Under the pieces are notes generated by a model that did not search any database, was not told the DNA's origin, and saw nothing but the letters and a program-made list of their open reading frames with translations. Both the position numbers and the translations under genes were made by a program. A stretch of 63,481 nt of DNA, filler included, from Octopus bimaculoides (lineage: Eukaryota), in the NCBI RefSeq assembly GCF_001194135.2. It is 5 parts of 5 records of this genome, joined end to end, with 100 filler letters (N's around TTAATTAATTAA, not from the genome) between each part and the next. Parts side by side here need not be neighbours in the genome. Positions count along the whole stretch, not along the records: positions 39,889 to 57,909 come from NC_068987.1; positions 58,010 to 60,498 come from NW_026357655.1; positions 60,599 to 63,481 come from NW_026432497.1; 2 more parts are not named here. The stretch is one strand, 5' to 3'. This document shows positions 52,044 through 63,123 of this stretch, one piece after another (position 1 is the first letter of the stretch; each line of letters opens with the position of its first letter).

Positions 52044-53316
52044 ATCATCATCATCATCATCATTTAACATCTGTTGTCCATGCTGGCATGGGTTGGACGG
52101 TTTCACCAGAGCTAGCATTCTGGAAGGCTGCACCAGACTCCAATGTAATGGGCGCTTTTATGTAAAACTGGCATGGATGCCATTTCCATGACACCAGTAT
52201 CTACCTTGACTGTGATTTTACTTGGCATGATGGGTCTGCTTCTCAAGCACGACATAATGCCAAAGGCCTTGGTCATTGCCTCCGTGAGGCCCAACACGCG
52301 AAAGGAGCTTTTCACATGCCACTGGCATCAGCTACTTTGCCTCCATGAGGTCCAAAGTCCAAAAGGTGCCTTTTACATGCCAGTTACGTAACACCAGCAT
52401 CAGCCACAACTATGATTTCACTTGGTTTGATGGGTCTTCTCAAGTATAGCATATCGCTAAAGGTCTTGGTCACTAGTCATTGCTTCTATGAGGACCAATG
52501 TTCAAAGATCATGCTTCACCACCTTGTCCCATGTCTTCCTGGCTCTACTTCTACCACAGGTTCCCTCCACAGTTAGAGATTGGCACCTCATTAAACAGCA
52601 GTCCTTATCCATATGCATCACATGACCACACCAGCACAATCATCTCTCTTGCACACCACATTTGATGCCTCTTAAGCACAACTTTTCTCTCAAGATGCTT
52701 ACACTCTGTTGAACATGCACACTAACATTACACATCTAGTGAAGCATACTGGCTTCATTTTTTTCAAGCCCACACATGTCCTTGGCTGTCACAGCTCGTG
52801 TTTCACTGCCAAGTAGCATAGCTGTTCGCACACAGACATCATACAATCAGCCTTTCACTCTAACGGAGAGGCCCTTTGTAGCCAACAAAGGTAGGAGCTT
52901 TCTGATCTTTGCTCAGCCTAATCTTATTCTCACAGCTACACTCTCAGAGCATCCATCACCACTACTTACTTGGTCACCTAGATAACAGAAGCTATCTACT
53001 GCCTCTAGTTTACCTCACTTGCAGTTGATAGGGTCTATTTTCTGTACATTTTTGGTGTTTATTGTGTCTGTGCATCTTCCACACACAAGAGCTATTTTCC
53101 CTGTTAATCTTCCTCTAATATTGCTGCACCTCTTATGTGTCCATAGCTTACACTGGGTACATATTATGGAGTTTCTACCTATGCCTTTTCTACAGACTGA
53201 GTAGGGCCATCTGCCTGAAGGAATTTGTGATTTGTCTGCCTTCTTATTTACTAAGACTTTGGTTTTTGCTAGGCCCTTTGATTCTAGACCTTGCTTCCAT
53301 ATCTGAAACTTCTCTA
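52044..53316 (-). mobile_element. RTE-clade LINE 3' portion with Cys-rich (PHD-like) module and (GAT)n tail
   Basis: WKQGLESKGL...CTQCKLWTHKRC...CGRC...YLGDQVS; HGSETA; RPRKTWD; tail at 52044. Confidence 0.85.
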
Positions 53317-53331
53317 GTTCACAGAACAGTA

Positions 53332-53367
<36 letters not shown>

Positions 53368-53370
<3 letters not shown>

Positions 53371-53676
53371 GTTATCGCCAAGCCAACATGGCAGTCCAAA
53401 AAATAGGACGAATGCTGCCGTTGATTAGCTCCAAGAGGCCATCGCCTCTAGCTAGCTATGTGACACACGAACCTGTGTCCTTTATAACCTTCGAACAGGG
53501 GAGGTCAGCTGCTTCACCTTGCTGATCTGGCATCTACAGACTTGTTTCGGGGTATTGCCCGTTGGGTCCTGTTGCTGTTACCTCTGTATGTATATATATA
53601 TATGGCCTCTTGGAGCTAATCAACGGCAGCATTCGTCCTATTTTTTGGACTGCCATGTTGGCTTGGTTATAACTAT
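53368..53676. repeat. Inverted repeat, 75-bp arms, 159-bp spacer
   Basis: 53368-53442 versus 53602-53676 are reverse complements with about 2 mismatches near the outer end. Confidence 0.95.
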
Positions 53677-54075
53677 TAATTTCCAGTACCGCTGCCATAG
53701 TCTCCTTTAGAGAGACTTAGAAATATTAATATCTCTATATATATTTATTTATAGAATATATTTTGGGGAATAAATGATGGATTTTTTTCCCTTGTGAGGT
53801 TTTTTTCAAGCTAGCTACTTGATAAATTCTTATAAAAGAATTCATCCTATTATTAAATTTATATATATATATATAAGGTTAAGAAGAGTATAGAATTTAA
53901 CTAAACCCAAAGATACAGGCAATACCGAGTAAGTGCTGTATACCGGCTAGTTTTGCCCCATTCGTTGTATAAACAGGATTGGGGATTATAAGTCGTGTAT
54001 TAGCATGTGTATGTATAAATAGAGAAAAGGATAAAAAGAACAATGGCAAAGTTAGAAATATATTTTATGGATAGA

Positions 54076-54124
54076 GTCTTACAGCTGTTTCGGGGAAAAT
54101 CCAATGCATCCCTTCATCGGAGAC
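54076..54124 (-). ncRNA. Minimal type I hammerhead ribozyme-like motif
   Basis: Minus strand: GUCU-CCGAUGA-AGGGA...UCCCC-GAAAC-AGCU-GUA-AGAC; helix I GUCU/AGAC, helix II GGGA/UCCC, palindromic CAGCUG helix III, GUA triplet. Confidence 0.6.
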
Positions 54125-55831
54125 AGAAATAGTAGAGGAATCGATTATTATATCTATAAGCGGAGAGTTATAGTAGGAAGTGAGAGTGAGTGTGATGCGC
54201 TGAAAAAAGAAAGAAAAAACNNNNNNNNNNNNNNNNNNNNNNNNNNNNNNNNNNNNNNNNNNNNNNNNNNNNNNNNNNNNNNNNNNNNNNNNNNNNNNNN
54301 NNNNNNNNNNNNNNNNNNNNNNNNNNNNNNNNNNNNNNNNNNNNNNNNNNNNNNNNNNNNNNNNNNNNNNNNNNNNNNNNNNNNNNNNNNNNNNNNNNNN
54401 NNNNNNNNNNNNNNNNNNNNNNNNNNNNNNNNNNNNNNNNNNNNNNNNNNNNNNNNNNNNNNNNNNNNNNNNNNNNNNNNNNNNNNNNNNNNNNNNNNNN
54501 NNNNNNNNNNNNNNNNNNNNNNNNNNNNNNNNNNNNNNNNNNNNNNNNNNNNNNNNNNNNNNNNNNNNNNNNNNNNNNNNNNNNNNNNNNNNNNNNNNNN
54601 NNNNNNNNNNNNNNNNNGTGGGGAATGGTAGTGACAGGTTTTATGGTCAGTTAATCTGACTGGACAGAGAGAATAAGTATAGGGAGTAAAGGAGGAAGAG
54701 GGGATAGAGGTAAAGGTTTAGTAAGGGAGAAGGAATGCGAGGAGGTATTAAGGAGAGGTAAGCTATAAGTGGTGAGGGTGTGGGTGACATTCTAAAAACA
54801 GTATTAAAGGAAAAAAGGAGACAGAGAAAGAATTAGTAGAAACATGTTCTAAAAATAGAGCTAAACCTAATTTACAGGTGGTAGAAGGGGGATCAGATGC
54901 TACTATAGTTGATTGTGGTTATCAACAAGGAGCCTGCAGGCGGTGGTGGTGTTATTGGCAAGGAAGTGTAAAGGAAAAAGTATATTAAGTAGTGATACGA
55001 TCAAAAAAGAAATAAATCTATTCTAAAAATGGTATAAGGGGGACCATTTTGCTAAGTCGAATAGGTTGCTTATAGGGAGTTGTGTGGTCATTTGTGCATT
55101 TGTGTCTTTGGTAGAATTTAAATGTATGGAAAAAACGGTGATTGCAGGTGCTAAATGCTTCATTATATCGATTAAGTAGAGTGGGAGAATTGTATTTTAA
55201 AATATGGAACGCCTCCTTTAAGCAGAGCTTGCAATTAGAGCACTGGCCCTGGTATGGGTTTAGCTCTATTTTTAGAACATGTTTCTACTAATTCTTTCTC
55301 TATCTCCTTTTTTCCTTTAATACTGATTTTAGAATGTCACCCACACCCTCACCACTTATAGCTTACCTCTCCTTAATATGTCCTAGCATTCCTTCTTCCT
55401 TACTAAACCTTTACCTCTATCCCCTCTTCCTCCTTTACTCCCTATATTTATTCTCTCTGTCCAGTCAGTTTAACTGACCATAAAACCTGTCACTACCATT
55501 CCCCATCTGAATTACTTCTCTCTCCCCTTTCCTTTCTGTCTTAAGACTTGACCTATTTACCCTTCACACATCTCTCACTTGATTTGGGATATCCTTTAAG
55601 CAAACCATATGCAGTATCCTCTGGACTCGATATGACATACATCCACCTTTGCTACAACAATTATCTCCGGAAAATACCCACAAGGATTATTTGCATGGAT
55701 ACTTACTACTGGAATGAAGCTACACTCAAAGTACTGTTTTTTCTTTCTTTTTTCAGTGCATCACACTCACTCTCACTTCCTACTATAACTCTCGGCTTAT
55801 AGATATAATAATCGATTCCTCTACTATTTCT

Positions 55832-55880
55832 GTCTCCGACGAAGGGATGCATTGGATTTTGTCTGAAACAGCTGTAAGAC
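55832..55880 (+). ncRNA. Minimal type I hammerhead ribozyme-like motif, second copy with weakened helix II
   Basis: GTCT-CCGACGA-AGGGA...TTGTCT-GAAAC-AGCT-GTA-AGAC. Confidence 0.5.
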
Positions 55881-56125
55881 TCTATCCATAAAAAATATTT
55901 CTAACTTTACCATTGTTCTCTTTATCCTTTTCTCTATTTATACATACACACGCTAATACACGACTTATAATCCCCAATCCTGTTTATACAACGAATGAGG
56001 AATAACTAGCCGGTATACAGCACTTACTCGGTATTACCTGTATCTTTGGGTTTAGTTAAATTCAATACCCTTCTTAACCTTATCGTTTGCTATTATTAGC
56101 ACTTATAACGGGTAACACCTAAATA

Positions 56126-57909
56126 ATGGATAAAGAGTTCCTTGGCTTCTCCCTTAAAGACACTCCTATTCATTTACAAAAATCTTTTACCTTACTCCTT
56201 CTCGCTAAGACTAGGGATCTCATCCGACGAATGAGAAGGAAGGCCTTCTTCCACGATAACCAAAAATATAGGAACGACTCAAGTAACAGCAAATTCAACC
56301 TCACATCGTATAATAATCCTCCACACAATCCACATCTTGAAAAATTCGAAGCGGATATGATAGATTTAATCAAAAATATTAAATTCTCTAAATTCAATTC
56401 TCACTTTCAAAAAAGACTATCACAGACCATAAAAAGAATTTCTAATTCCCCCAAATTACACATATTTTCTGATAAAACAGGAAATCTGTATCCCATCACC
56501 ATAGAGGAGTACATCAAATTCGTTAGGAACGAGCTCAACAGATCCTACAAGCTGGCATCAACATCTGCCTTAAATGAAGTCAACACCAGCCACTGCAAAC
56601 TCATGAGGAAACTAAATGTGGACGACAGAACAGAACCATACTGCCCTGCACACTTCAACCTCAAGGATCATAAGAAGGATTTCATTACAAAACCATCTAT
56701 ACGCCTAATATGCCCTACCAAATCCGACCTCGGAAGAATCAGCAAAAATATTTTAGACAAGATAATACCTGTTGTCAAAGAGAAATTAAACGCTAATCTA
56801 TGGTACCACACTGGGGAGGTTATTGCATGGTTCCACACCTTGGAGAACAAAAACTCTCTCTCGTTCCTTCAGTTTGATATTAACAACTATTATTCCTCTA
56901 TCTCTCCTAAACTTTTAAATAAGGTTATTCTTTTCGCTAGGAATCTTACTAGCATAACCCCTCTGGAAATTAACATTATACTCAATGCACGCAAGACTCT
57001 TATATCCTTCGAAAACAAACTCTGGTGCCAAGCTAATCAACATAGTAATAGCTCTAACAACTTATTTGATATAACCATGGGATCTTCTGATTCCGCTCAG
57101 GCCACAGATTTAGTTGGATTATATAGACTTCACCAATTATGATCACATTCCCCTAATACCCATGGTGGTCTATATAGGGACGATGCTTTATTAATTACCA
57201 AGGCTATTAACAAATCTTCTATGGAAAGGACTAAAAAGGATCTACACAAATTCTTCTCTAATATGAATCTATCAATCACATTTGAACATGCGTATAAAAC
57301 GGCTAACTTTCTAGATGTCACTCTAAACCTATCAAACTCGCAACACTCCCCCTATCATAAACCTAACCAGTACCTAAAATACCTCAATATTCACTCTAAT
57401 CACCACAGATCTACCTTCGATAACATAATCATGGGTATCTCAACCCGCATATCTGATCTATCCTCTTCCGAAGAAATCTTTAACAATCACGCTCCATACT
57501 ACAATCAAGCTCTCGCTGCTAGCGGTTTCTCCCAACAAATAAAATACATCCATAACACCAGACTTAAACAATTTATATCCCAAATCACATCCCAAAGACA
57601 TACCATTAATCACAACCGCAACCAACCAACCACATATTCCAACAGATCCCACAAACACACTTATAACACTAGGGCTAAATCTAAGATATATAAGACAGTT
57701 AGCTACACCAAAAATGTAGACAACTGTTCTCCACCTAAATACTTAGATTACAACATACACAGAACCCCCCCAAAAAGCGGCGGCTGCTCTATACTTTGGT
57801 ATACCCACCCCCATTCTCACTTAACACTAGGAACTTAGCTAAATCTTTCTTTAAAATACTTGATTCTAACTTCCCCCGACAACATAAATACCATTCTATA
57901 TTCAACAGA
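56126..57909 (+). pseudogene. Penelope-like reverse transcriptase ORF, frameshifted near 57140, truncated by an assembly gap
   Basis: IRRMRRKAFF, SDKTGNLY, LKDHK...IRLICP, FDINNYYSSI (motif A), TMGSSDSAQATDLVG (motif B), LYRDD (motif C), NFLDVTLNL, SNHH. Confidence 0.9.
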
Positions 57910-58134
57910 NNNNNNNNNNNNNNNNNNNNNNNNNNNNNNNNNNNNNNNNNNNNTTAATTAATTAANNNNNNNNNNNNNNNNNNNNNNNNNNNNNNNNNNN
58001 NNNNNNNNNACATACATACATGTACGTATGTACACCTATATGCATGCATGTATAAATGTATTAGCACAAAATAATCATGAATTCATCTTAAATAACCGAA
58101 GTGCTCAGTATAAAATAGAGCGATATTAAATATG

Positions 58135-58260
58135 CCGCTAGAGTGTTGCACTCACGATCGCAAAATCGGGATTTTGATTTCCAGACTGGGCGCTGCGTTG
58201 AACAAGACACTTCGTTTCATATTGTTTTCGATCACTCTGCTGAAATTGATACTGGGCCGC
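58135..58260 (+). mobile_element. Degenerate tRNA-derived SINE head (family D)
   Basis: cacgatcgcaaaatcgggattttgatttccagactgggc...gttgaacaagacacttcgtttca resembles the reverse complement of 60093-60337. Confidence 0.5.
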
Positions 58261-58344
58261 ACAGAAAGAATAAATCTAAAATTCTATTTCTATTTTATTG
58301 ATTACCACAATCTGTAGCGTGTTTTGCAATATATATCTGTTAGC

Positions 58345-58555
58345 TTTTACATGTTTCAGTCATTAGATTGCGGCATTGCTGGGGTACAGCCTTGAAAAAT
58401 TTTTAGTCTAATATATCGATCCAGAACTTATTTTTTTAAATTAAAAGCATGGTACTTATTCTATGGGACTCTTTTGCCGAACCGCCATGTTACGACGTAA
58501 ACAAACCGGCACCGGTTGACAAGCGGTGGTGAGAGGAGGACAAACACAGATCCAC
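58345..58555 (-). mobile_element. SINE-like family B copy
   Basis: tgtttcagtcattagattgcggcattgctgggg...gtacttattctat...gtaaacaaaccggcaccggttgacaagcg. Confidence 0.7.
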
Positions 58556-58711
58556 AGTGTCCTTGTTTTTAAAATATATGTAATGCATTAACAGAGCCTG
58601 GCACATTGCTTTAAGCTACATGGCGTATTTTATGAATATGCCTGTTCAAGTATCATAATAGCATGAAACTATTAGTAGTTCTTTCGATTGTGTATTTAAA
58701 ATTTTATATAA

Positions 58712-58878
58712 AGGCGCAGGAGTGGCTGTGTGGTAAGTAGCTTGCTTACCAACAACATGGTTCCGGGTTCAGTCCCACTGCATGGTACCTTGGGCAAGTG
58801 TCTTCTACTATAGCCTCGTGCCGACTAAAGCCTTGTGAGTGGATTTGGTAGACGGAAACTGAAAGAAACCCGTCGTAT
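58712..58878 (+). mobile_element. SINE family A, full-length-like
   Basis: A-box-like gtggctgtgtggtaag, B-box-like ggttcagtccc, central ccttgggcaagtgtctt, ends in an AT microsatellite. Confidence 0.85.
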
Positions 58879-58963
58879 ATATGTATATATATATATATAT
58901 ATATATGGTGCCCCAGCATGGCCACAGCTCATGAGCTGAAACTGGATAAAATGAAAATGAAAA

Positions 58964-59000
<37 letters not shown>

Positions 59001-59731
59001 NNNNNNNNNNNNNNNNNNNNNNNNNNNNNNNNNNNNNNNNNNNNNNNNNNNNNNNNNNNNNNNNNNNNNNNNNNNNNNNNNNNNNNNNNNNNNNNNNNNN
59101 NNNNNNNNNNNNNNNNNNNNNNNNNNNNNNNNNNNNNNNNNNNNNNNNNNNNNNNNNNNNNNNNNNNNNNNNNNNNNNNNNNNNNNNNNNNNNNNNNNNN
59201 NNNNNNNNNNNNNNNNNNNNNNNNNNNNNNNNNNNNNNNNNNNNNNNNNNNNNNNNNNNNNNNNNNNNNNNNNNNNNNNNNNNNNNNNNNNNNNNNNNNN
59301 NNNNNNNNNNNNNNNNNNNNNNNNNNNNNNNNNNNNNNNNNNNNNNNNNNNNNNNNNNNNNNNNNNNNNNNNNNNNNNNNNNNNNNNNNNNNNNNNNNNN
59401 NNNNNNNNNNNNNNNNNNNNNNNNNNNNNNNNNNNNNNNNNNNNNNNNNNNNNNNNNNNNNNNNNNNNNNNNNNNNNNNNNNNNNNNNNNNNNNNNNNNN
59501 NNNNNNNNNNNNNNNNNNNNNNNNNNNNNNNNNNNNNNNNNNNNNNNNNNNNNNNNNNNNNNNNNNNNNNNNNNNNNNNNNNNNNNNNNNATACATACAT
59601 ATATATATACACATACGAGTGTGCATGTGTGTGCGCGTGTGTGTCGTCTTGAAAAGCATAAATCCGGAAAAAGAAGCTCACTCTAAGTTATAGAGCAGTA
59701 TATATTAAAGTTAGATGAGGCTGGTTTATGG

Positions 59732-59944
59732 GATAATGAATCAAACTTATGGTTAACCGTGCACAAGATCCTGTTTCAAGCTTAAAGTAAAAAATATTAA
59801 TTACTGCTATTATCAGCAGCGGTATTCCATAGCATAAATTTATGCTATGGAATAAATTTATGATGATAGCTGTAAGTAATATTTTTTACTTTAAGCTTGA
59901 AACAGGATCTTGTGCATGGTTAACCATAAGTTTGATTCATTATC
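59732..59944. repeat. Palindromic fold-back element (MITE-like) with an internal 32-bp perfect palindrome
   Basis: Outer arms about 67 bp (gataatgaatcaaacttatggttaacc...aaaaatatta and its reverse complement); 59823-59854 tattccatagcataaatttatgctatggaata is self-complementary. Confidence 0.9.
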
Positions 59945-60092
59945 TTTCTTTTGCTTACCTACAACTTAATGTGTTATTCTCGGAGATTTTAAAGTGGTAA
60001 TAGTGTCTTCTGGTGTCTATTTATACAGTGCGTGGTAGGGATGTAAGCCAATTCCATGCTATAATTACGTATATATAAAAAAAATAATAAAT

Positions 60093-60337
60093 GCGCCCTT
60101 TTAAAGCCTAGCCAGGCTCATGGGTCCGGTTTCCCGGTTTCAATTGCGTGTGTGTTCCCCAGCTGGACGGGACGCCAGTCCATCGCAGCGTGACTCATTT
60201 TTGCCAGCTGAGTGGACTGGAGCAACGTGAAATGAAGTGTTTTGCTCAAGAACACAACACGTTGCCCGGTCCAGGAATTGAAACCACAATCTTACGATCA
60301 TAATGCTGACACCCTAATCACTAAGCCACGCACCTCC
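60093..60337 (-). mobile_element. tRNA-derived SINE (family D)
   Basis: Minus strand: ggaggtgcgtggcttagtgattagggtgtcagc...gtggtttcaattcctggacc (A and B boxes), then ttcttgagcaaaacacttc and gcgatggactggcgtcccgtccag. Confidence 0.8.
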
Positions 60338-60597
60338 GCAATTACGTATATAATTATGAAATATTTTATGTATTGTAAAATTTGCCTATGTGGTTTTTAT
60401 TTCCGCGCTGACCACCTGGTACAACTATTAATGATTTTTACCCTTTATTACATATATATATATATTTATATAAATAAGGATAAGATCGATATTTAAAANN
60501 NNNNNNNNNNNNNNNNNNNNNNNNNNNNNNNNNNNNNNNNNNTTAATTAATTAANNNNNNNNNNNNNNNNNNNNNNNNNNNNNNNNNNNNNNNNNNN

Positions 60598-61900
60598 NCA
60601 GACAGCTGCTCTGGCAATGAACATGCTCGGACGGTGCTGTTAGTGCTCCACTGGCACAGGTGCCAGTCGTCGAGTATGGTTCAATTACGATTTCGATTTC
60701 ACTTGCCCCAACAGGTCTTTGCAAGCAGAGTTTAGTGTCCAATGAAGGAGAGGTTGGCATGGGTGCCAGTCGTCGGATTCGGTTCGATTTCGATTTCAGA
60801 TTCCAGATTTCAAATTTCAAATTCCAAATTCACTTGCCTCAACAGGTCTTCGCAAGCAGAGTTTTTAGTGTCCAATGAAGTAAAGATACGAATAAGTGAG
60901 CTGGCTACACGTCTGGCAGAGGTCACAGATTATGCTCTCACTTGACTTGCCGGGTCTTCTCACGTACTGCATATTTCCAAAGGTCTCGGTCACAAGTCAT
61001 TGCCTCGGTGAGGCCTAAAGTTCGAAGGTCGTGCTTCTCCACCTCATCCCAGGTCTTCCTGGGTCTACCTCTTCCACAGGTTCCCTCAACTCCTAGGGTG
61101 TGGCACTTTTTCACACAGTTATCCTCATCCATTCTTGCCACATGTCCATACCAGCGCAATCGTCTCTCTTGCACACCACAACTGATGCTTCTTAGGTCTA
61201 ACTTTTCTCTCAAGGTACTTACACTCTGTCAAGTATGCACACTGACATTACACATCCATCAGAACATACTTGCTTCATTCCTTGCGAGCTTATGCCTGTC
61301 ATCAGCAGTCACGGCTCATGTTTCACTGCCATGAAGCATGACTGTTCGTACACATTCGTCACACAGTCTGCCTTTTTCTCTGAGTGAGAGGTCCTTTGTC
61401 ACCAGCAGAGGTAAGAGCTCTCTAAACTTTGCCCAGGCTATTCTTATTCTAGCACCTACACTTTCAGAGCACCCTCCCCAGCTACAAACTTGGTCACCAA
61501 GATAGCGGAAGCTATCAACTACGTCTAGTTTTTCTCCCTGGAGTTTGGCAAAGGTTGTTTTTTGCACATTTTCAGTGTTTATTGCTCCTGAGCATCTGCC
61601 ACATACAAAAACTATCTTGCTAGTTAGCCTTCCTTTGATATNNNNNNNNNNNNNNNNNNNNNNNNNNNNNNNNNNNNNNNNNNNNNNNNNNNNNNNNNNN
61701 NNNNNNNNNNNNNNNNNNNNNNNNNNNNNNNNNNNNNNNNNNNNNNNNNNNNNNNNNNNNNNNNNNNNNNNNNNNNNNNNNNNNNNNNNNNNNNNNNNNN
61801 NNNNNNNNNNNNNNNNNNNNNNNNNNNNACTCATTGCCAATCGCCACTAACCACTCATCTATCCCTAGTTTCCTTAGATAAGGGATCGGGGGACATATAT
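60598..61900 (-). mobile_element. RTE-clade LINE 3' portion spanning a gap
   Basis: LRKLGIDEWLV; FRYLGDQV...AWAKFRELLPLL...MLHGSET; QERRLRWYGHVARMDE...GRGRPRKTWDE. Confidence 0.9.
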
Positions 61901-62239
61901 ATATATACATATATATAATAGAGATATGTTACAAAAACAAAATAGAAACTACACATGGAAATGTAAGGGGAAAGTAATCAGAAAAATAACCGAAAATGCA
62001 GATTGGAAATCAAAAAAAGTAAAGGCTTTTTATGAAAAGTAACGATAGGTATATACAATTAGATGAACTGAGGTAGGAATGAAGTCATTATTGTGAGTTG
62101 TTACAGAGATTCAAAAGCATACCGGTTTCGTAATATTATTAATCATTGCTCTGAATGCACACCGAATTCTGAACGGTGTCAAGTCTGCTAGTCCCTAAGT
62201 AAAAAGATTATGTGTAAGGGAGGTAAGTAGTTCTGGATT

Positions 62240-62815
62240 TGGTGCAATTAGGGTAGATCTAGATCTGTAATGTGAATGGTGTATGGGATGTATGGGGGTT
62301 AGTGGTATTAAATGGAAGGTTAATAGTGTTCTGTATTATGTTATGTGTTCATATTTAGTTGTGGAAGATAATTATTGATGAAAGTTGCCTCTTTATTCAT
62401 TCTTTGTTGTATTGAGGTGTTTTGTGAACATTGATAGAAGGGAAAAATTAGGAAATTAGGATTAAGATTCCTCGAAACACTTTTCTATGTGTCCACTACC
62501 TGTATCTGTCTGTATTGTGGGTGGCGGATTTGTTCTTTGTGGAGAGTGGTTCTTCTATGGAGTGGTATGTTTGGCCAATATAATTATTACCACACCCTAA
62601 GCATGTAGTGGCATAGACTAGATTTTCCAAGGAACAGGTGAAATTTGATTTAATCTTAAATATTTCACCATGTTTAAAGTGGAACTCTGAACCCTCCAAA
62701 AGGTGGGGGCAAGTACCACAGTTAGGTCGACCACATTTGTTCACTTTTGGTTCTGTTAATGGATATAGTCTTGCGCTGGTTAATATTTTTTTCAATAATT
62801 TAGGTTGCATTTTGC
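62240..62815 (-). pseudogene. Penelope-like (Neptune-type Zn-knuckle plus GIY-YIG) 3' fragment
   Basis: CGRPNCGTC...FTCSLENLVYATTCLGCGNNYIGQT. Confidence 0.8.
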
Positions 62816-62820
62816 TTTTG

Positions 62821-62985
62821 AGGTGCAGGAGTGGGTGTGTGGTAAGTAGCTTGCTTACCAACCACATGGTCCCGGGTTCAATCCCACTGCGTGGTACCTT
62901 GGGCAAGTGTCTTCTACTATAGCCTTGGGCCGACCAAAGCCTTGTGAGTGGATTTGGTAGACAGAAACTGGAAGAAGCCCGTCAT
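62821..62985 (+). mobile_element. SINE family A copy
   Basis: Near-identical to 58712-58878. Confidence 0.85.
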
Positions 62986-63002
62986 ATATGTATCATCATC
63001 GT

Positions 63003-63123
63003 TCATCGTTTAACGTACGCTTTCGATGCTACCATGGGTTGGACTAAGAAACCTGCGCATCGGCCGGGAACAGGTTTCTTAGTCCAACCCATGCTAGCAT
63101 GGAAAGTGGACGTTAAACGATGA
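63003..63123. repeat. Hairpin of two inverted RTE tail ends (53-bp arms, 15-nt loop)
   Basis: tcatcgtttaacg...ggttggactaagaaacctg / caggtttcttagtccaacc...cgttaaacgatga. Confidence 0.9.

Larger units (their letters stand above)
53874..56082. repeat. Inverted pseudo-LTR pair of a Penelope-like element
   Basis: 53874-54220 and 54619-54867 are reverse complements of segments within 55257-56082; the spacer holds the inverted ORF C-terminus (CKLCLKEAFHILKYNSPTLLNRYNE...CNHR on the minus strand). Confidence 0.9.

Noticed and set aside
62115-62160. Hammerhead remnant (gaaaccggta on the minus strand) after the Neptune-type ORF
   Set aside because: The CUGANGA core is not recognisable, so it is too degenerate to call.
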